DNA of 64,000 nt from a virus, in the IMG/VR virus record IMGVR_UViG_3300006001_000011, positions 1 through 64,000 of that record. One strand, given 5' to 3'. Position 1 is the stretch's first letter. Every line of letters begins with the position of its first letter. The notes beneath the pieces were generated by a model. That model searched no databases, was not told the DNA's origin, and saw only the letters and a program-made list of their open reading frames with translations. The position numbers were made by a program, and so were the translations under genes. Below are positions 39,683 to 48,912 of the stretch, in pieces.

Positions 39683-41779
39683 TCATTGGTCAAAAATTGT
39701 TTTTTGCAGTGTTATCGGTGTTTTCTTTTTTTCTCGGTGTTCTGAGACAATCCCTACCGAGTCTATTATTTTTTGAGCTTCCTCGATATAATAGTCATAG
39801 CAAAGCCCGTTCCTTATTTCCTTTTCGGAAGTTTTGGACAAGTCATTGCACTCTGAGCACAGGCTTCCCGAATCCACATTTATCTCTTTCAGTCCGCTCT
39901 CATTCTTCCGAGAGGGCATGGATTTAATAAGGGTCATTCCGGTGCCGGATTGAATAAATTTTCGGTGTTTTCTATTGTATTCGCTTTTGCCGGAAATGTA
40001 ATACCTCGTAATATGTTGCAACGCTATTTCGATGTTTACTTCTCCGTCCTCATCTCTGTCAATGGCGGTCAGGGCGCTATCCCGATTTATTTTTGTACGT
40101 TTAAAAAAGTCGTGTATGTTATCGTGTTTTCGTATAAATTCAGAAGGCTGAATTCCTTTTGTAAACCATGCCTCGACTGCTTTTTGCACTACGAGCATAG
40201 AGAAATTTTTGTGCCATTCAAGCTCGGAAGGAGACTGTTCGTATATGAAAGCCGCTCCTTTTCGCTTGATTTGCCCGTTTTCCTTTATCGCCATGTAGTT
40301 GTTTACGTCTTTGATTACCATTTTTTTGTAGTACGCATATTCAAGTTGAAGTTTCGTCAGTTCCTCCCATTCTTTGTTGATGCGGTTAAGTTTGGGAACT
40401 TCGTCGATATGCACTTTTACGGTAATGCCGTCGGTGTTGATTTGAAGCATGGTCAAATCTTCGATTTGCTCGCAAAGGGCTTCGCACAGCATGCAAATCA
40501 GAAGCTGTCCGTTGATGGTAGTGGTCATGGTATATTGCGGGTCATAGAGCGGAGAGAACATCGAATTGCTTTTTCCGTATGCTCCGTTCAATGCCAGTTT
40601 ATATGCCAGATTTTCTACCGTGCCTTTGGCGTATTTCTTCCTCTGCTCATATACGGATTTGTATATTTCGCAAAATTCTTTTCCCAGATGCTGAGGATAA
40701 TACTCGTTCTGTATCGCCAGATTTGGGTAAAAAGAAGAAATGTCGATGTCAATGATTTTATGGGTATCGTCGGCTTCGTAAACCCCGCTTTGGATTGCGC
40801 CATGTATTCCCCCTGCTCCGAAATCATATTGAAAGCCTTTATAAATTACATTAAGATTTTTCTGCGTTTCGGCTACTTTTATCTCTTTGTAATGAGGTTT
40901 CAGGTCTTCCAATTCTTCAAAAGGTATTCTGGAAAAAGCGGTCAGTGTATCCGTAATGACTTGCTTTTTGAAATACTCCGTAACCTTGCGAAAAGGTTCT
41001 GTCTTAAACTCGATATAGGGAAAAAGTATGTCTTTTACGACAATATTTTCTCTGGGCGTGTTTATGACGGTTTTCTTTCTCCCGTGAGCGGTTTCGACGT
41101 ATTCGTATATCGCGGAGTACCCCAATTTCTTGACGATTTCGGTAATCAGAATTTGCTCTCCTATCTTGGCGGCGTTGAAATTGGTGAAATCCATGCCGTA
41201 CATTTTGGTCAGCTTTCCCCTGAGTTCTATTTCGGGTATCGTCATTTCGTACAGTTTGGAAGTCGCCGTTACGTCATTCTTGCAATATTCGATTACGTCC
41301 TTGTCCTGCCCTTCTCCAAGAGGGGAATCGAAATCGAAAGGAGTCTCCATGATATTCTCCATGCGCATGTTGAATTGAAGCAGTTTAAGGGAACACATTT
41401 TGGCGTGGTTGTCAAAATGGTGTATCTTAAACAGGTCGATTTGCTTTTTCTTGCAGTTTCCGAAATGGTTGGGATTCTGCGACTCAATCAGCTCTTTCGA
41501 TTTCTTTGTCAGCTTGCGGCAAAATACGCTTCCTTTGTCTTTCCAACAATGAGTAATGGCATAATCCAACAAAGGATAATCGTAGTTGAGGTTGTTGAAG
41601 CCCACCATTTCTTCGACTTCGGTTCTGAGAAATTCCAGAATTTGAGGTCTTTCGTCTTTGTGTCGGCTTACCTGAAAAACAATTATCTCTTCTTTTGTAA
41701 CTCTTTTGAGGCAAATCAAGAAGAAATTGGGATATATTTCCAAGTCGTAAATAAAGCGTTTCTCAAGGTTTGTCATCAT
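39683..41779 (-). CDS. Family B DNA polymerase with 3'-5' exonuclease domain
   Basis: ExoI is FIYDLEIYPNFF. ExoII is GFNNLNYDYPLL. ExoIII is YCKNDV. PolA is IDIDISSFYPNL. PolB is KLALNGAYGK. PolC is QINTDGITV. Confidence 0.9.
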   Translation of the reverse strand: MMTNLEKRFIYDLEIYPNFFLICLKRVTKEEIIVFQVSRHKDERPQILEFLRTEVEEMVGFNNLNYDYPLLDYAITHCWKDKGSVFCRKLTKKSKELIESQNPNHFGNCKKKQIDLFKIHHFDNHAKMCSLKLLQFNMRMENIMETPFDFDSPLGEGQDKDVIEYCKNDVTATSKLYEMTIPEIELRGKLTKMYGMDFTNFNAAKIGEQILITEIVKKLGYSAIYEYVETAHGRKKTVINTPRENIVVKDILFPYIEFKTEPFRKVTEYFKKQVITDTLTAFSRIPFEELEDLKPHYKEIKVAETQKNLNVIYKGFQYDFGAGGIHGAIQSGVYEADDTHKIIDIDISSFYPNLAIQNEYYPQHLGKEFCEIYKSVYEQRKKYAKGTVENLAYKLALNGAYGKSNSMFSPLYDPQYTMTTTINGQLLICMLCEALCEQIEDLTMLQINTDGITVKVHIDEVPKLNRINKEWEELTKLQLEYAYYKKMVIKDVNNYMAIKENGQIKRKGAAFIYEQSPSELEWHKNFSMLVVQKAVEAWFTKGIQPSEFIRKHDNIHDFFKRTKINRDSALTAIDRDEDGEVNIEIALQHITRYYISGKSEYNRKHRKFIQSGTGMTLIKSMPSRKNESGLKEINVDSGSLCSECNDLSKTSEKEIRNGLCYDYYIEEAQKIIDSVGIVSEHREKKKTPITLQKTIFDQ

Positions 41780-41801
41780 TCGCAGGGTTAAAAAGAAAAA
41801 A

Positions 41802-41826
41802 GTTCGGGGGTTTATATGTCCCGAAC
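41802..41826 (-). terminator. Rho-independent terminator (GTTCGGG-loop-CCCGAAC), with a U-run on the minus strand
   Basis: A perfect 7-bp GC-rich stem is flanked by AAAAAA on the plus strand, just after the stop at 41840 and before the polB start. Confidence 0.65.
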
Positions 41827-41839
41827 TCTTTATGTTTGT

Positions 41840-42280
41840 CTAATCTTCGTCTAAATCCAGTTGCATTACTCTTACGGGGAAAGGGGGATTTCCTTTATAC
41901 ACATAGATGTCTATTCCCCTTTTATACAGTCCGTCTTTAGCCAGTTGTATTCGCTTATAGGGTTCGCATAGTTTCCCGTTTTTGTCTCTGCCGGATATGA
42001 TTATTCCTCCCGCATTGTCGGCTTGTATCCCTGTCCAGTTTTCTACTTCGTCGGCTATCTTGTATTCCGGAATGTAACCCTGTTCCTCAAGCTCTTTTTG
42101 CCTGTAAAATTCGTGCTTGAGGTAAAACTTGACGATTACTTTGTGGTAATCCTCGAAGGGCACGATGCGTCGCGGGATTTCAAGGTCTCGCGTTTCCGCC
42201 ATGTTGCGGGCTTGAGCCTGCAAAGGAATTGCTTTTTGAAACGAAAGCATAAACGTCATTAACGCCAATAAAAGTTTCAT
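41840..42280 (-). CDS. Secreted small protein (signal peptide)
   Basis: The N-terminus MKLLLALMTFMLSFQKAIPLQAQA has a typical signal-peptide h-region and an AxA site. Confidence 0.6.
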   Translation of the reverse strand: MKLLLALMTFMLSFQKAIPLQAQARNMAETRDLEIPRRIVPFEDYHKVIVKFYLKHEFYRQKELEEQGYIPEYKIADEVENWTGIQADNAGGIIISGRDKNGKLCEPYKRIQLAKDGLYKRGIDIYVYKGNPPFPVRVMQLDLDED

Positions 42281-42302
42281 TTGTTTTTGGTTTGATTTGA
42301 TT

Positions 42303-42758
42303 TTAGTTCTTGTGCAAAGTAAAGATATTTACATTCGGGGAGCAAATCTTTTCGATAAATTCTCCCAACAGGTTTACTGCTTCCTGCGCTTCTTTCTTGG
42401 TTTTCTCGTCTTCCAAATTGTCGTCGTAAACCCATACAATTCCGTAAGTGGCGGGCTTTTTCGTCTTAAATTTGGAATATATGCACAGTTCTGAAATGCG
42501 CACCACGCTTCGCAAATTTACTTGAGCGTCTTCGTTTTCCTGTCCTACGGGAAAGAACGTCGCCAGAAATATGGCACGGGAAACTTTGTCCTTAATCCTG
42601 AAAAATCCTCCCGAAGGGATGACTCTTGAGAGAATATCCCTTATTCCCTCCGCGTCGAGAGGGTCAAAGGTTTTGATAAGCCCCAGTTCCGCCGTCGCGT
42701 TTATTACGTGGGTTATCATCGTTTTCATTGCGTTTTCTTCTCTTTCTGTGTTTTCCAT
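42303..42758 (-). CDS. Hypothetical protein
   Basis: 151 aa ORF in an operon context. Confidence 0.55.
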   Translation of the reverse strand: MENTEREENAMKTMITHVINATAELGLIKTFDPLDAEGIRDILSRVIPSGGFFRIKDKVSRAIFLATFFPVGQENEDAQVNLRSVVRISELCIYSKFKTKKPATYGIVWVYDDNLEDEKTKKEAQEAVNLLGEFIEKICSPNVNIFTLHKN

Positions 42759-42771
42759 TGGTTTTTATGTT

Positions 42772-44316
42772 TTATCTTTTAAGTTGCCATTCTACGGGTT
42801 TCACGATGTTGGGAGGCGCATTTTTAAACAGTTCGGTCATAAATTTGTCGGTAGCCCAAGAAGACTTTCTTCCTATTCTGTCCAAAAGAAATACGTCGTT
42901 CTGATATACTTTGGCGCAGGCATAGAGGTCTTCTATTTGGTCTCTGATGTCCTCTATTTTTTCCGTTCTCATTCGATAGATGCCTCCCTTGAGTCCTCTG
43001 TTCCATTGTCCTCTGTATGCTCTTTTTTCTTTGTAATCTTTGTTGATGTTTAAGAGCTTTTCGGGGATTTCGTCGTGTTCCCCTTCTCCCATGTCAAACA
43101 CGTAGATTTCGTAGCTTTTGAGGGAGAAAAGATTTTCCAACGTCGGCGAGCCTATATATTGGCTTACGATGTTGGCGTTTCCGTCGATGGCATAGAGGAT
43201 GTCGTTTTCCATAGTGATTTCAGAGGCGGCAATGTCTCTCAGAGTATCTATCATGACGATTACGGAATTTTTGTCGGTTCTCACCAAATTAATTTCGTCT
43301 TGTCTGATATTGACCACAATCACGGAATTGCTTCCCGATTTTTGCAAAGAACGAGTACCGGCGGATTGCAAGGCTCTTTCCCCCGCTATCTGGGTGCTGT
43401 TCTTCTCGGAGATTTGGATGCAGGCTTTTTCCGCGACTTGCCTGTTTCCTCCCGTTCCTATCTGAACGGAATTTTCTTTGGCTTCCTGAGTGCCGTACCC
43501 GAAAGAAGAAATAACCTGCACGGAGTCCTGTTCCGCCGTTTGCCAAGAGTATCCTTCGGCATATTGAATGACGTGATTTTCTCCTATTTGCCTGCCGTTC
43601 TGCAACGTTTTCTGGATGCTTCCTCTCCCTGCTCTCTGATTGGAGAAGTTTCCGGATTTCTGAACGGAGGAGTCTTGCGCGACTTGCTTCGCGTTTTCTC
43701 TGGCGTTTTGCAAAGAGTAATCCAGTGCGGTCTGTTCCGCGTTGTAAGAAGCGTTTTGCAAAGAGTTGAAGCCTCCTTTTTGAATCATATATCCGTCGCC
43801 TTGCTGAATGACTTTGGAGTTTCCGGACTGCGTGCTTTTCTTCATGGCTATCTGTACTCCTGCGTCGCCGAACATTTTCTGCTCGCATTCTACTCCTGCT
43901 TTTTGAAAGTCGTCGTCTTTGCGGGAATGTTGCACGTCTTTGTGAAACCACATCGTCGGATAATGCAATTGCATAAAGCGTTTGACATACTCGAGGGAAC
44001 TGCCGTTGTACAATACTTTCCCGATTCTGAATTTCACTTTTTCGCGCATGTCCACGAATCCTTCTTTTTTGTTTACCAAGAGGATGACGTAATTGCCGGA
44101 ATATTCAGTCCAGTCATATGTCTGCGCATTTATGGCAAGTCCGAAGAGTCCGTTTTCGCAGTCGTAATCGTCGTCCCAATGAGGAGCTTTGATGTACTTT
44201 CCGGCTTCGGGATACTCGAAACCGTCATAGCCTTTGTTGCCTTCGCGGCAACGTTTCATGACCAATATCTCTTGTTCTCCGAGATTCAGTTTTCTCATTT
44301 CTTCCTGTGTTTCCAT
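42772..44316 (-). CDS. Octad-repeat (S-h-Q-x-A/G-x-x-x) protein, tandem paralog 1
   Basis: About 23 consecutive 8-residue units (e.g. SLQNASYN AEQTALDY SLQNAREN AKQVAQDS SVQKSGNF) lie between an N-terminal domain (GFEYPEAGKYIKAPHWDDDYDCENGLFG) and a C-terminal domain ending in LFKNAPPNIVKP. Confidence 0.7.
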   Translation of the reverse strand: METQEEMRKLNLGEQEILVMKRCREGNKGYDGFEYPEAGKYIKAPHWDDDYDCENGLFGLAINAQTYDWTEYSGNYVILLVNKKEGFVDMREKVKFRIGKVLYNGSSLEYVKRFMQLHYPTMWFHKDVQHSRKDDDFQKAGVECEQKMFGDAGVQIAMKKSTQSGNSKVIQQGDGYMIQKGGFNSLQNASYNAEQTALDYSLQNARENAKQVAQDSSVQKSGNFSNQRAGRGSIQKTLQNGRQIGENHVIQYAEGYSWQTAEQDSVQVISSFGYGTQEAKENSVQIGTGGNRQVAEKACIQISEKNSTQIAGERALQSAGTRSLQKSGSNSVIVVNIRQDEINLVRTDKNSVIVMIDTLRDIAASEITMENDILYAIDGNANIVSQYIGSPTLENLFSLKSYEIYVFDMGEGEHDEIPEKLLNINKDYKEKRAYRGQWNRGLKGGIYRMRTEKIEDIRDQIEDLYACAKVYQNDVFLLDRIGRKSSWATDKFMTELFKNAPPNIVKPVEWQLKR

Positions 44317-44332
44317 ATTTATTGTTTTTGGT

Positions 44333-45235
44333 TTAATAGTCGTAAGGCGTCTGGTAGCTCATGGTTACAAAATTGGCGGGTCTGTTTTCGAATAAAAACA
44401 TTCTTTTCAGAAATTTTCCGCCGTACATTTCAAAATCGGAATCTATGCTCTGCAACACAAATATGTTGGAGGTATATCTGTAACAATAGCCGTAAAGTTT
44501 GAAAACTTCGGCTTTGAACTGATTCTCCGTCAGCATTTTTCCGTCTTTGTCCATTACGATAAAACGATATACGTCTTTGTTGTTTTTGGACAATATGCGG
44601 GAGAAGAAGAAATTTCCTTCTGTTTCTTCTTCTCCTTCTTTTACTCCGACTACCTGTATTTCCAAATCCTGTCTTTCTTGCTTGTAGTGTTCCGTTTCAA
44701 ATCTGCTTCCGTCATAGCGGTTCGGAATGTAAATGCTTCCTTCGGAATTTTTGACGAACACATAAGTCATTCCGGGATTCAGTCTTTCGTAGCTCGATTT
44801 TATCATGTAATCTTCGTCGTAAATATTAAGACGGCAATTGCTTCCGAGTCTTACGATAAGCGTAGAGCATTTTTTCATCTTCGTATTTATCTCGGAATGT
44901 CTTTTCGCCTTATGGACTGAATTTATTCCCGAAAATTGATGAGCGTATTCTCCCGCTTCCTGATAGGCATAGTCATAGGCGGTTTGATGCGCTCTGTCTT
45001 TTCCGAACTGCCTCATGTTGCTTTGTCCCGACTGATGGCTGTCGTTTCCGGCAAATTGCCATCCGTTGTCAATCATGTATTGCACCGAAGAATGTTCCGC
45101 GAATTGATACCCGTGACGGAAACCGATTTGATTGGCGTTGTCTCTCGCTTTCTGAACGAAATACATTCCCGATTTCTGTCTGACGTCTTTTTCGTCGGCG
45201 GACTGAATTAATTTTTCCCAATTTTCAAATTTCAT
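44333..45235 (-). CDS. Octad-repeat protein, tandem paralog 2 (start moved to the ATG after the upstream stop)
   Basis: Its repeats include NANQIGFR HGYQFAEH SSVQYMID NGWQFAGN DSHQSGQS NMRQFGKD. The C-terminus is LFENRPANFVTM. The ATG at 45235 avoids a 73-nt overlap. Confidence 0.65.
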   Translation of the reverse strand: MKFENWEKLIQSADEKDVRQKSGMYFVQKARDNANQIGFRHGYQFAEHSSVQYMIDNGWQFAGNDSHQSGQSNMRQFGKDRAHQTAYDYAYQEAGEYAHQFSGINSVHKAKRHSEINTKMKKCSTLIVRLGSNCRLNIYDEDYMIKSSYERLNPGMTYVFVKNSEGSIYIPNRYDGSRFETEHYKQERQDLEIQVVGVKEGEEETEGNFFFSRILSKNNKDVYRFIVMDKDGKMLTENQFKAEVFKLYGYCYRYTSNIFVLQSIDSDFEMYGGKFLKRMFLFENRPANFVTMSYQTPYDY

Positions 45236-45246
45236 TTTTCTTTGGA

Positions 45247-46137
45247 TTAGAGTCTTTTCGGTTTTACTAAATTGGCGGGAGAATTTCTGAGCCATTTTCT
45301 TAATTTGCCTCTGTCGCAAGGAATTCCTTGCTCATTTAAGATAAAAATCATGAAAGGGTGCATGTAACAGGTTTTGAACAGCCTGAAAATCTGTATCTTC
45401 ATGTCTTCGTCGTCTAATGCTCTGTATTCTTTGCACGATGTTCTTGCAATGAGGGAATAATCTCTGAAATGGTTTTCCTTAAACCTTTTAAGGGTTTGTT
45501 CCAAATCGTCGTTTACGGTTTTGTTTGTCCCAAACCGATACACGGCATTGACTTCGCATTCTATTCCGTATTGGAAGTTGCGGAAAGTAAGGTTTTCATT
45601 CGTGTATACGGTTTCGATGTCCCGATAATAATTCCTGACCGTAGGAAGACCGCCGTCACTGGGGAAAGAAATTAAATACGCGACGTTTTTTTCCGTTCTT
45701 GAAAATATTCTCAGCAATTTTGCATTTTCGTCCTCGATGCTTATGACGCAACCTGCTCCGGGTTTTACGATGACTCGGCCCTCTGTTCTCATCATTATTT
45801 GGATTCTGGCGTTGTCTCCTGTTTTTATCGCGCTGTTGCCTTTAATGCGTACCAAAGAGTTGTCTCCGGTTTCGCAATAACAATTTCTTCCCAGAGAAAC
45901 GTCGGAATTGATTCCGGAAAAGGCGCGGGAATTTTCCGACGCATGTTGCATCGAATTTCTTCCCGCAAAAAGCCATGAATTAATTCCGGCGTCCTGTCTG
46001 GAATGTTTTCCGGCGGACAATATGGAGAAATCTCCCGCCGTTTGTCTGGCATTGTCCTTCGTTTTTAGAATCGCCATATGTTCTCCTTCCTGAATTTTTT
46101 CATTTTCCATATTTGAGGGTTTAAGGTTAGTCTTCAA
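45247..46137 (-). CDS. Octad-repeat protein, tandem paralog 3
   Basis: Its repeats include NARQTAGD FSILSAGK HSRQDAGI NSWLFAGR NSMQHASE NSRAFSGI. The C-terminus is WLRNSPANLVKP. An alternative start is at 46110. Confidence 0.65.
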   Translation of the reverse strand: MKTNLKPSNMENEKIQEGEHMAILKTKDNARQTAGDFSILSAGKHSRQDAGINSWLFAGRNSMQHASENSRAFSGINSDVSLGRNCYCETGDNSLVRIKGNSAIKTGDNARIQIMMRTEGRVIVKPGAGCVISIEDENAKLLRIFSRTEKNVAYLISFPSDGGLPTVRNYYRDIETVYTNENLTFRNFQYGIECEVNAVYRFGTNKTVNDDLEQTLKRFKENHFRDYSLIARTSCKEYRALDDEDMKIQIFRLFKTCYMHPFMIFILNEQGIPCDRGKLRKWLRNSPANLVKPKRL

Positions 46138-46498
46138 ACAGTTCGTAAATCGCGTCTGACCTCAGTTCTTTTCTGTCATAATAGAAATAATGACAATTTG
46201 CCAATTCTATCAAGTTGAAATCGTCTTCCGGCAATTTCACTTGTTTTGCGGCGATAAAACAGCCTATCATGTTCTTGTCTTTGACGGCGACATAAGCATG
46301 TGCTTCTTCGTAAGCGCGTTTGTTGCCTAAATCGTCGAATTTTTTTTCGCAGGCTCTGTAAAGGGCGCAAGGCAACTCGTAAAAATTTATCCGCGAGAAA
46401 TCAATGCGGCTAAATTCTCCTTTGGTCATAAGTTCGTTATCTAAAACATATTCCCGAAATCTGATTATTTGCAGGTATCCTGCTCTGTACGTTTTCAT
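46127..46498 (-). CDS. Hypothetical protein
   Basis: 123 aa ORF, coupled to its neighbours. Confidence 0.55.
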   Translation of the reverse strand: MKTYRAGYLQIIRFREYVLDNELMTKGEFSRIDFSRINFYELPCALYRACEKKFDDLGNKRAYEEAHAYVAVKDKNMIGCFIAAKQVKLPEDDFNLIELANCHYFYYDRKELRSDAIYELFED

Positions 46499-46782
46499 GG
46501 TTTTTTGGTTTCTAGTTTAAAAGGTTTGGTTTGAAGTCCGAAAATATTTACCCATTTTTTGCACTCGTTGCAACAATGAGCCATTTCTCCGTCGATGGTT
46601 TTGTATTTGTGCCAGTTGTGCTTTTCGCCGGTGTATTCCATCTGTTCGCAAAGCACGGAGGATATTTCAGTTCCCTCGTTGTACAATTTCTTGTCGCAGG
46701 CATTGCACTCCAGAAAGAAAATTCCCAGAGTAACTTCTTCCTTTATGTTGGCTTTTACTTCTTTGTTTGTCATGGCTTCCAT
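46495..46782 (-). CDS. Cys-rich zinc-ribbon-like small protein
   Basis: It contains CNACDKK ... CCNECKK. Confidence 0.55.
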   Translation of the reverse strand: MEAMTNKEVKANIKEEVTLGIFFLECNACDKKLYNEGTEISSVLCEQMEYTGEKHNWHKYKTIDGEMAHCCNECKKWVNIFGLQTKPFKLETKKP

Positions 46783-47081
46783 ATTTTTCCGTTGTAGTTG
46801 AGTTTCCGTGCTTCTTCTTCTATCTCTTTGCCTCTTTTTTCGAGTTCTTTCATTGCCTTAATACATCCCTCCATTTCTTTTTCGGAGGCTAACAGCTCGG
46901 GATAATCTTCGATATTGGGTTCTCTTTCGTTTGTAATGGCATCGACTTTGTCTTTTATGTTTCTCAACATTTTGTTTTGGATTATGGCGAGTCTGAGCAG
47001 TTCTTTCATTTCTTCGTCCAATTTTATGGCACGCTCTAATTTTCTCGCTTCTTCGTGTCCTCCTGATTTTTCTTCTTCCAT
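46770..47081 (-). CDS. Hypothetical coiled-coil protein
   Basis: 103 aa, E/K-rich with heptad-like character. Confidence 0.5.
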   Translation of the reverse strand: MEEEKSGGHEEARKLERAIKLDEEMKELLRLAIIQNKMLRNIKDKVDAITNEREPNIEDYPELLASEKEMEGCIKAMKELEKRGKEIEEEARKLNYNGKIWKP

Positions 47082-47085
47082 TTGT

Positions 47086-47382
47086 TTAAAGGTTTTTGGT
47101 TTCTAAATCTATTTCTTTTTCTACTTTTTCCATTTCGGCATAAATTTCAAATTCTCTTTTTGTGAGTTTCTCCATAATTTTGGAGTTTTCATCGACGGTT
47201 ATTTTGATTTCCTTCATTTTTTTGGCGTCTTTGCTTTTGTCTTTGTCCGGGTTTTCGAGTATGTATTCCGCCAATTTTTTAAGTTCTCTCATTTCTTCCG
47301 TGATTTGATTTGACCTTGCCGTGATATAGTCTAAGTCTTGGTTCAAGTTCAACAGTTTGTCGATATTATCTGATGATTCCAT
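47086..47382 (-). CDS. Hypothetical coiled-coil protein
   Basis: 98 aa, E/K-rich. Confidence 0.5.
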   Translation of the reverse strand: MESSDNIDKLLNLNQDLDYITARSNQITEEMRELKKLAEYILENPDKDKSKDAKKMKEIKITVDENSKIMEKLTKREFEIYAEMEKVEKEIDLETKNL

Positions 47383-47393
47383 GTTTGCGGGGA

Positions 47394-47663
47394 TTAAATT
47401 AATATAACAGCAGTAAAATCGGCAGGGTTCTTTTTGCCGGCTTCGAGATATTCTCCTTCAAATTCTTCTTCCTTGTATTTGCCGTTTACGTTTTTTAATA
47501 TGGTTGTGCGTTTTAAGGCAATTTCTTCGGAGCGTTTGAAATCTTTGTAGGTTTTGTATCCTCTGTATCGCAAAGAGGCGGGGTCTTCCTGATAGTCATA
47601 TACCACCACTGACATGTCGGGAGGGTATTTCTTTAAATCTTCAATCAATTCTTGTATTGTCAT
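47394..47663 (-). CDS. Small protein, MTxxELIxxLKxYPxD family member 4
   Basis: The N-terminus is MTIQELIEDLKKYPPDMSVVVYDY. Confidence 0.65.
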   Translation of the reverse strand: MTIQELIEDLKKYPPDMSVVVYDYQEDPASLRYRGYKTYKDFKRSEEIALKRTTILKNVNGKYKEEEFEGEYLEAGKKNPADFTAVILI

Positions 47664-47675
47664 GGTTGTTTTGTT

Positions 47676-47945
47676 TTATTCGATTAATAATGCTTTAAAA
47701 GAGTCAGAAGGTCTTTTTCCTCCGAGTTCTTGATATTCTCCTTCAACTTCTTTGTTTATCCATTTCCCGTTTTCGCGCATTAATTCGCTGTGCGGCATCA
47801 AGTCAAACAGATATAGGTCTGATACTTTTTCGTATTTAAAGTATCCTCTGTTATTTCTATCCCATGAATTTTCATACATTGTCAATACTAATGGCATATC
47901 GGGAGGATATTTTTTCAATTCTTCAATCATTTCTTGTACTGTCAT
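47676..47945 (-). CDS. Small protein, MTxxELIxxLKxYPxD family member 5
   Basis: The N-terminus is MTVQEMIEELKKYPPDMPLVLTMY. It resembles member 4 along its full length (..EVEGEYQELGGKRP vs ..EFEGEYLEAGKKNP). Confidence 0.65.
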   Translation of the reverse strand: MTVQEMIEELKKYPPDMPLVLTMYENSWDRNNRGYFKYEKVSDLYLFDLMPHSELMRENGKWINKEVEGEYQELGGKRPSDSFKALLIE

Positions 47946-48162
47946 GATTAGTTATTAGTTTTTTGAGGTCAAAAGTTAAAACAAGGGCTTTTATTTTCTC
48001 TTTATTATTTTCTTTAGTCCAGAAATAATCTGTGTCCTTCTTATATACATTCATCGGAAGTAAACTATTTACTGTCTCAAATGCTTTCTGATTCTCTTTT
48101 GTGAGCACCAAAAGATCGGGAGGATAAGTTTTCAGTTCGTCTATTAATTGTTGTATCGTCAT
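47923..48162 (-). CDS. Small protein, MTxxELIxxLKxYPxD family member 6 (start at an internal ATG)
   Basis: It begins MTIQQLIDELKTYPPDLLVLT from the ATG at 48162. Its 3' end overlaps member 5 by 23 nt. Confidence 0.55.
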   Translation of the reverse strand: MTIQQLIDELKTYPPDLLVLTKENQKAFETVNSLLPMNVYKKDTDYFWTKENNKEKIKALVLTFDLKKLITNHDSTRND

Positions 48163-48173
48163 ATCTTTTTTGT

Positions 48174-48416
48174 TTAACACCAATGTCTTATGATTATCGC
48201 TTTAAAGGGTTCTCCGGCAACGCCGTCCCTGCAGGAAAGCGTGAAGTTCCCGGCATTAATGTATCTGTGATGCGCGGTGTCTTCGACTTCTGTCACCGTT
48301 TCTTCTTTGTTGAGTATCACGGCATCTACAAAGCCTTCTCCCTCTTCTACCAATATTCTTTGGTCTTTGGGGTATCGGGATAAATGTTCTATCATTTGTC
48401 CTACGGTCAGTTTCAT
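48174..48416 (-). CDS. Small protein, MTxxELIxxLKxYPxD family member 7 (divergent)
   Basis: It begins MKLTVGQMIEHLSRYPKDQRILV from the ATG at 48416. The track start at 48431 is also possible. Confidence 0.55.
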   Translation of the reverse strand: MKLTVGQMIEHLSRYPKDQRILVEEGEGFVDAVILNKEETVTEVEDTAHHRYINAGNFTLSCRDGVAGEPFKAIIIRHWC

Positions 48417-48461
48417 TCCTCTTGTTCCCATATTTCTGCAATTTTGTTTAAAATAAAAACA

Positions 48462-48493
48462 AAAGAAAGGAGGCTTGTATTCCCCCTTTCTTT
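48462..48493 (-). terminator. Rho-independent terminator (AAAGAAAGGAGG-loop-CCCCCTTTCTTT)
   Basis: A 12-bp stem with one mismatch lies just after the stop at 48508. The minus strand continues TTGTTTTTATTTT. Confidence 0.6.
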
Positions 48494-48507
48494 CGATAAG
48501 TTGTCAT

Positions 48508-48912
48508 TCATATTTCCCTTTTTGTCTTAAAGGTAGTATAATTCCCGTTTGTTACGGCTTCTAATCCGCATTTGGCGGCTTCTAACGTCATATTTAATAT
48601 CATGGCGTTGAGTTTCATTTCGGCGTTTTCACCTTTTATCTCTGCATCGGAATGACGTGCCTCTGACATCCATTTTCCGTCGTATGAAATATGACCCGCG
48701 TTCCATGTTCCGTCTTCATGCACCGCAATGTTTATCAGTTCTATGCCGTCTCTGAGTTTTAAAGGCACAGAAATAATCTTGTAAGTCTGGTTAGAAGCAT
48801 CATTGAAATACGTGGCAGGAGTAGATGTATTCTCTTTTCTATAAACCCCGTCTAATCTCTCTGCCAAAAGATACAAGGATTGATCTGATGTGTCGTTAAT
48901 TAGCATTTTCAT
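48508..48912 (-). CDS. Hypothetical protein
   Basis: 134 aa ORF flanked by a terminator and a 520-nt gene-free gap. Confidence 0.6.
   Translation of the reverse strand: MKMLINDTSDQSLYLLAERLDGVYRKENTSTPATYFNDASNQTYKIISVPLKLRDGIELINIAVHEDGTWNAGHISYDGKWMSEARHSDAEIKGENAEMKLNAMILNMTLEAAKCGLEAVTNGNYTTFKTKREI

Noticed and set aside
39950-41791. 613-aa plus-strand ORF antisense to the DNA polymerase gene. Similar long antisense ORFs are 43075..44502, 60601..62334, 28168..29145, 17220..18248, 23365..24270 and 11585..12571.
   Set aside because: They are shadow ORFs of genes whose opposite strand carries clear catalytic motifs (PolB, portal, the giant ORFs and others). Their translations are F/V/L/R-rich low-information sequence with no motifs.
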